IMG/VR virus record: IMGVR_UViG_3300012942_000065
Coordinates: 1-47,403 of that record
Direction: 5' to 3' (one strand)
Source: a virus
Taxonomy: Duplodnaviria > Caudoviricetes
Length of the DNA stretch: 47,403 nt
Part shown: piece after piece, positions 44,850 through 47,403 of the stretch
Layout of the letters: each line of letters starts with the position of its first letter
Numbering within the stretch: the stretch's first letter is position 1
Notes under the pieces: generated by a model
Seen by the model: the letters and a program-made list of their open reading frames with translations, nothing else
What the model was told of the DNA's origin: nothing
Database searches by the model: none
Program-made: the position numbers and the translations under genes

Positions 44850-45596
44850 ATGGATATGGAAACGCAAACTGTAAGCACGACAACGGAAACAACGGAAACG
44901 TTACCGATAATCCCGCCAATTGTGTTTCCGCCTGTCACGCCGCCACCGGAACCTGAAACGTCAATCGAGCCCGAACCCGTGCCGGTTGTGCCGGAACCGG
45001 AGGCGCGCAATGTTGCAATTATCGATGTCGCAACAAATATCGTGGAAAACGTCATTCTTGCGAATGAGCTTTTCAAATGGCCGGATGAAACGAAATTGCT
45101 TATCGCGTCCGACATCGGATGCATTGGCGACACATACGATGCGGACAGCGGCGAGTTTACCAAACCGCCAATTCCTCCGATGCTTGCCGAAACAGCGATT
45201 GCCGGGATTTATCAAGCGATCAATGAACAGACATTCGCCATCACCGGACAGGTTCCAACCGACGAAAAGCTTTCATGGCTTGCCAAGGAAGCAGCGGCGC
45301 GAGCGTTCAAAGCCGGATCGGCAACAGATGAACAAGCCGCGCTGCTCGACGGTGAAACGTCCATAACTGGCGAAACAACCGACGCGCTCGCAGATAAAAT
45401 CATTTTGAACGCGGACGCATATCGCGCCGCAATTGCAACGCTCACCGGCATCCGACGCAACGCGGAAACAGCCATTGCGTCGGCCGAACCGGACGATATC
45501 AAAGGGATTTTCGATGACACGATTTCTGCAATTCGGCTTGTCGGTGCTGGTACTGGCGATGCTGGCGACACGGGCGGCGACGGAACAGGTTCTTAA
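44850..45596 (+). CDS. Tail fibre assembly-like protein
   Basis: GAGGG RBS; IVENVI...IGDTYD...F; EKLSWLAKEAAARAF...LADKIILNA. Confidence 0.65.
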   Translation: MDMETQTVSTTTETTETLPIIPPIVFPPVTPPPEPETSIEPEPVPVVPEPEARNVAIIDVATNIVENVILANELFKWPDETKLLIASDIGCIGDTYDADSGEFTKPPIPPMLAETAIAGIYQAINEQTFAITGQVPTDEKLSWLAKEAAARAFKAGSATDEQAALLDGETSITGETTDALADKIILNADAYRAAIATLTGIRRNAETAIASAEPDDIKGIFDDTISAIRLVGAGTGDAGDTGGDGTGS

Positions 45597-45882
45597 AGCG
45601 AGCCCGGTTGACTGGTGTACGGCATGGCCCGATGGCGTCCCGACATGGTTAGGCGGAACTGGCGTCGAGTGGCAACACTGTTGCATGGCGCACGATTTGT
45701 TCTATGAAACGTATAACGGCGGCATTCTTGGTTATTTCGGTTCGCATTGGCAACTCGCAAAATGCGTATGGGCAACCGGGTATGGTGTTGTCGCCATCAT
45801 AATGCTTTTCGGGCTTTGCACGCTCGGAACGGTTCATTTGTTATGGAAGCATCGGGCGAATAATGAAAGGGCAGGACGATGA
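45514..45882 (+). CDS. Phospholipase A2-like secreted/membrane protein
   Basis: Signal-like N-terminus, DWCTAWPDG...WQHCCMAHDLFY (CCxxHDxxY), C-terminal TM; AAAGGG RBS; ATGA-coupled to endolysin. Confidence 0.6.
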   Translation: MTRFLQFGLSVLVLAMLATRAATEQVLKASPVDWCTAWPDGVPTWLGGTGVEWQHCCMAHDLFYETYNGGILGYFGSHWQLAKCVWATGYGVVAIIMLFGLCTLGTVHLLWKHRANNERAGR

Positions 45883-46817
45883 AAGCGAAAATTGACCGGA
45901 CGACATTTTATGCGTATGTCCGAAAAGCACCGTTCGGCGGCAAGCTGCTGCAATCGCAAGTCGAGGCGATGAACGAAGTCTTGAAGCAATGGGACGCGCT
46001 GTCGCAGGATGACATTCGCTTTCTTGCTTATCCGCTCGCAACCGTTTTCCATGAAACGGGCGGCAAGATGCAGCCGACAACGGAAGACGGTTATTACAAA
46101 ACCGCCGCGCAAATTCGCAAGACATGGCCAACGCGGTTCAAGACACTCGCGGCGGCACAACCCTATGTACGCAACCCGCAAAAGCTGTTCAATTTCGTCT
46201 ATGCGGATCGCATGGGAAACGGCAGCGTTGCGTCTGGCGATGGCTATCGCTTCCGTGGTCGCGGTCCCATCGGGCAAACCGGGCGCGGCATGTATCGCAA
46301 GTTTGGTGACGAAAACAACCCGGAACAAGCCAACGAACTTGTTCACGGTGTCCGCAATATGTTCAAAGGTATGATTGAAGGGATTTACACGGGCAAGAAA
46401 CTGTCCGACTATTTCAACGCAAAAACGGACGATCCGATTGCAGCGCGAGCCATCATCAACAGCAAAGACAAGGCGACATTGATCGCAGGTTATTATAAAA
46501 ACTTCCTCGACGCGATCAACGCAGCAATCGAAGCGGCGAAACGCGGTGCATTGCCGGTTGATGTCGAGCCGGAAGCGGCAAAGCCGGATGACATGAAGCC
46601 CGCGCAATCCAAGTCACTCTGGACGATCATTGCCGGCCTGTTCACGGCGGCGGGCGTCTCGATCAGCGATCTTATGAGCAAGGGCGGCGAATTGCTCGGC
46701 GCGATCAATAACCCGTGGTCGGCGGTGGCGTTCGTTGCCGTGCTGGCGAGCTTGGGCGCGCTCACATGGCTGTTGGCAACCGGCCGACTGCAAATCATGC
46801 ACAAGGGAGCGGCTTAG
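45879..46817 (+). CDS. Endolysin, glycoside hydrolase family 19-like, with two C-terminal hydrophobic segments
   Basis: LATVFHET, YADRMGN...GDGYRFRGRG..QTGR..Y, ARAIIN. Confidence 0.85.
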   Translation: MKAKIDRTTFYAYVRKAPFGGKLLQSQVEAMNEVLKQWDALSQDDIRFLAYPLATVFHETGGKMQPTTEDGYYKTAAQIRKTWPTRFKTLAAAQPYVRNPQKLFNFVYADRMGNGSVASGDGYRFRGRGPIGQTGRGMYRKFGDENNPEQANELVHGVRNMFKGMIEGIYTGKKLSDYFNAKTDDPIAARAIINSKDKATLIAGYYKNFLDAINAAIEAAKRGALPVDVEPEAAKPDDMKPAQSKSLWTIIAGLFTAAGVSISDLMSKGGELLGAINNPWSAVAFVAVLASLGALTWLLATGRLQIMHKGAA

Positions 46818-46819
46818 CC

Positions 46820-47041
46820 ATGGGTGAGCTTTACATTATCTTGGCGGCGGTCGGTGGCGCTATCCTCGCCATTGCCGGCGCGTTCTTCAAAGGCAAACAG
46901 GCCGGGCGCGACAGCGTTGCAGCGGCGGGAGCAAAGAAAGATGCACAATTACAGATGGAGTTTGACAAGATCGATAGCGAGCGCCCTGATTATGACGCCG
47001 CTGTTAACAGCCTGCGCAAGCGTGCCAGCGACAAGCGTTAA
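46820..47041 (+). CDS. Inner-membrane spanin (Rz-like)
   Basis: N-terminal TM, helical tail, after endolysin; GGGAG RBS. Confidence 0.65.
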   Translation: MGELYIILAAVGGAILAIAGAFFKGKQAGRDSVAAAGAKKDAQLQMEFDKIDSERPDYDAAVNSLRKRASDKR

Positions 47042-47177
47042 GCCGACACTAAGCGCGCCACCGTCGAGCGTAGTTGATGCTCTCGACGCCGTGGGGCGGC
47101 GCGATGCATCGGCCGGCGCATGGGTTGTCGAGTTGTCCCGGTTCTATCGCAAACAGGACGTGACGGCGGCGCACTAA
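46941..47177 (+). CDS. Outer-membrane lipoprotein spanin (Rz1-like)
   Basis: Lipobox LTAC, Pro-containing mature part, overlaps i-spanin. Confidence 0.65.
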   Translation: MHNYRWSLTRSIASALIMTPLLTACASVPATSVKPTLSAPPSSVVDALDAVGRRDASAGAWVVELSRFYRKQDVTAAH

Positions 47178-47200
47178 TCGACGCGAGACGGCAGACACGG

Positions 47201-47229
47201 AAAAGCCCGGTTCATCGCCGGGCTTTTTT
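47201..47229. terminator. Bidirectional intrinsic terminator
   Basis: AAAAGCCCGG-TTCATCG-CCGGGCTTTTTT between convergent genes. Confidence 0.85.
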
Positions 47230-47235
47230 CATTGT

Positions 47236-47403
47236 TTAGAGCCCCCATTTGCCAGCGCAGATCGGGCCGATACCGGCTTCGATGCTGCTAGGATCGGTCA
47301 ATTCTCGACCGCAACAGCCGCACGTTCCGGTTTGTTTTCCATAAAGAGTTGCCTCGCCTAGCGGATCGACAGCAATTGCCATGAGACGCGGCAAAACAGC
47401 TTC
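47236..47403 (-). CDS. DUF6011-like Zn-finger protein, C-terminal fragment
   Basis: Hand translation ...YGKQTGTCGCCGRELTDPSSIEAGIGPICAGKWGL*; 5' end outside the window. Confidence 0.75.
   Translation of the reverse strand, partial: EAVLPRLMAIAVDPLGEATLYGKQTGTCGCCGRELTDPSSIEAGIGPICAGKWGL

Noticed and set aside
47236-47403. Circular join of the window ends
   Set aside because: The two ends lie in different genes (SSB tail and DUF6011-like C-terminus) with no terminal overlap, so sequence is missing.
1-47403. tRNA genes
   Set aside because: No cloverleaf with T-loop GTTCRA and matching acceptor stem noticed in intergenic regions; tRNAscan-SE would be needed to exclude them.

Overview
Near-complete (both ends fall inside genes) genome of a tailed dsDNA siphovirus-like phage. 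The host is probably an alphaproteobacterium (inferred from promoter style and gene families). No integrase, CI-like repressor or separate DNA polymerase was recognised, so it is probably lytic. Left ~20 kb: replication and early genes (SSB, PD-(D/E)XK nuclease, clamp-like protein, SF2 helicase, VRR-NUC, primase-helicase, MazG-like, mini-kinase, two GIY-YIG/NUMOD1-like paralogs, AT-rich putative origin) and a displaced beta-helix tail spike. Right ~27 kb: terminase, portal, scaffold, capsid, neck, tail and lysis genes on + strand, repeatedly interrupted by minus-strand accessory genes. Most notable: (1) portal, scaffold, major capsid and major tail proteins all start with a ~21-29 aa basic/hydrophobic leader ending in (P)-x-A-[YF]-[AD]-N, and no prohead protease is visible, suggesting a shared leader-processing system; (2) a promoter/leader element in 9 copies plus an identical UUCG terminator in 3 copies delimit small-gene cassettes at four loci; (3) several RNA-level elements (twin hairpins before the capsid gene, an RBS-sequestering hairpin before the tail spike, two putative sRNAs); (4) a phospholipase-A2-like gene in the lysis cassette. 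All product calls come from motif recognition by eye, not from database searches.
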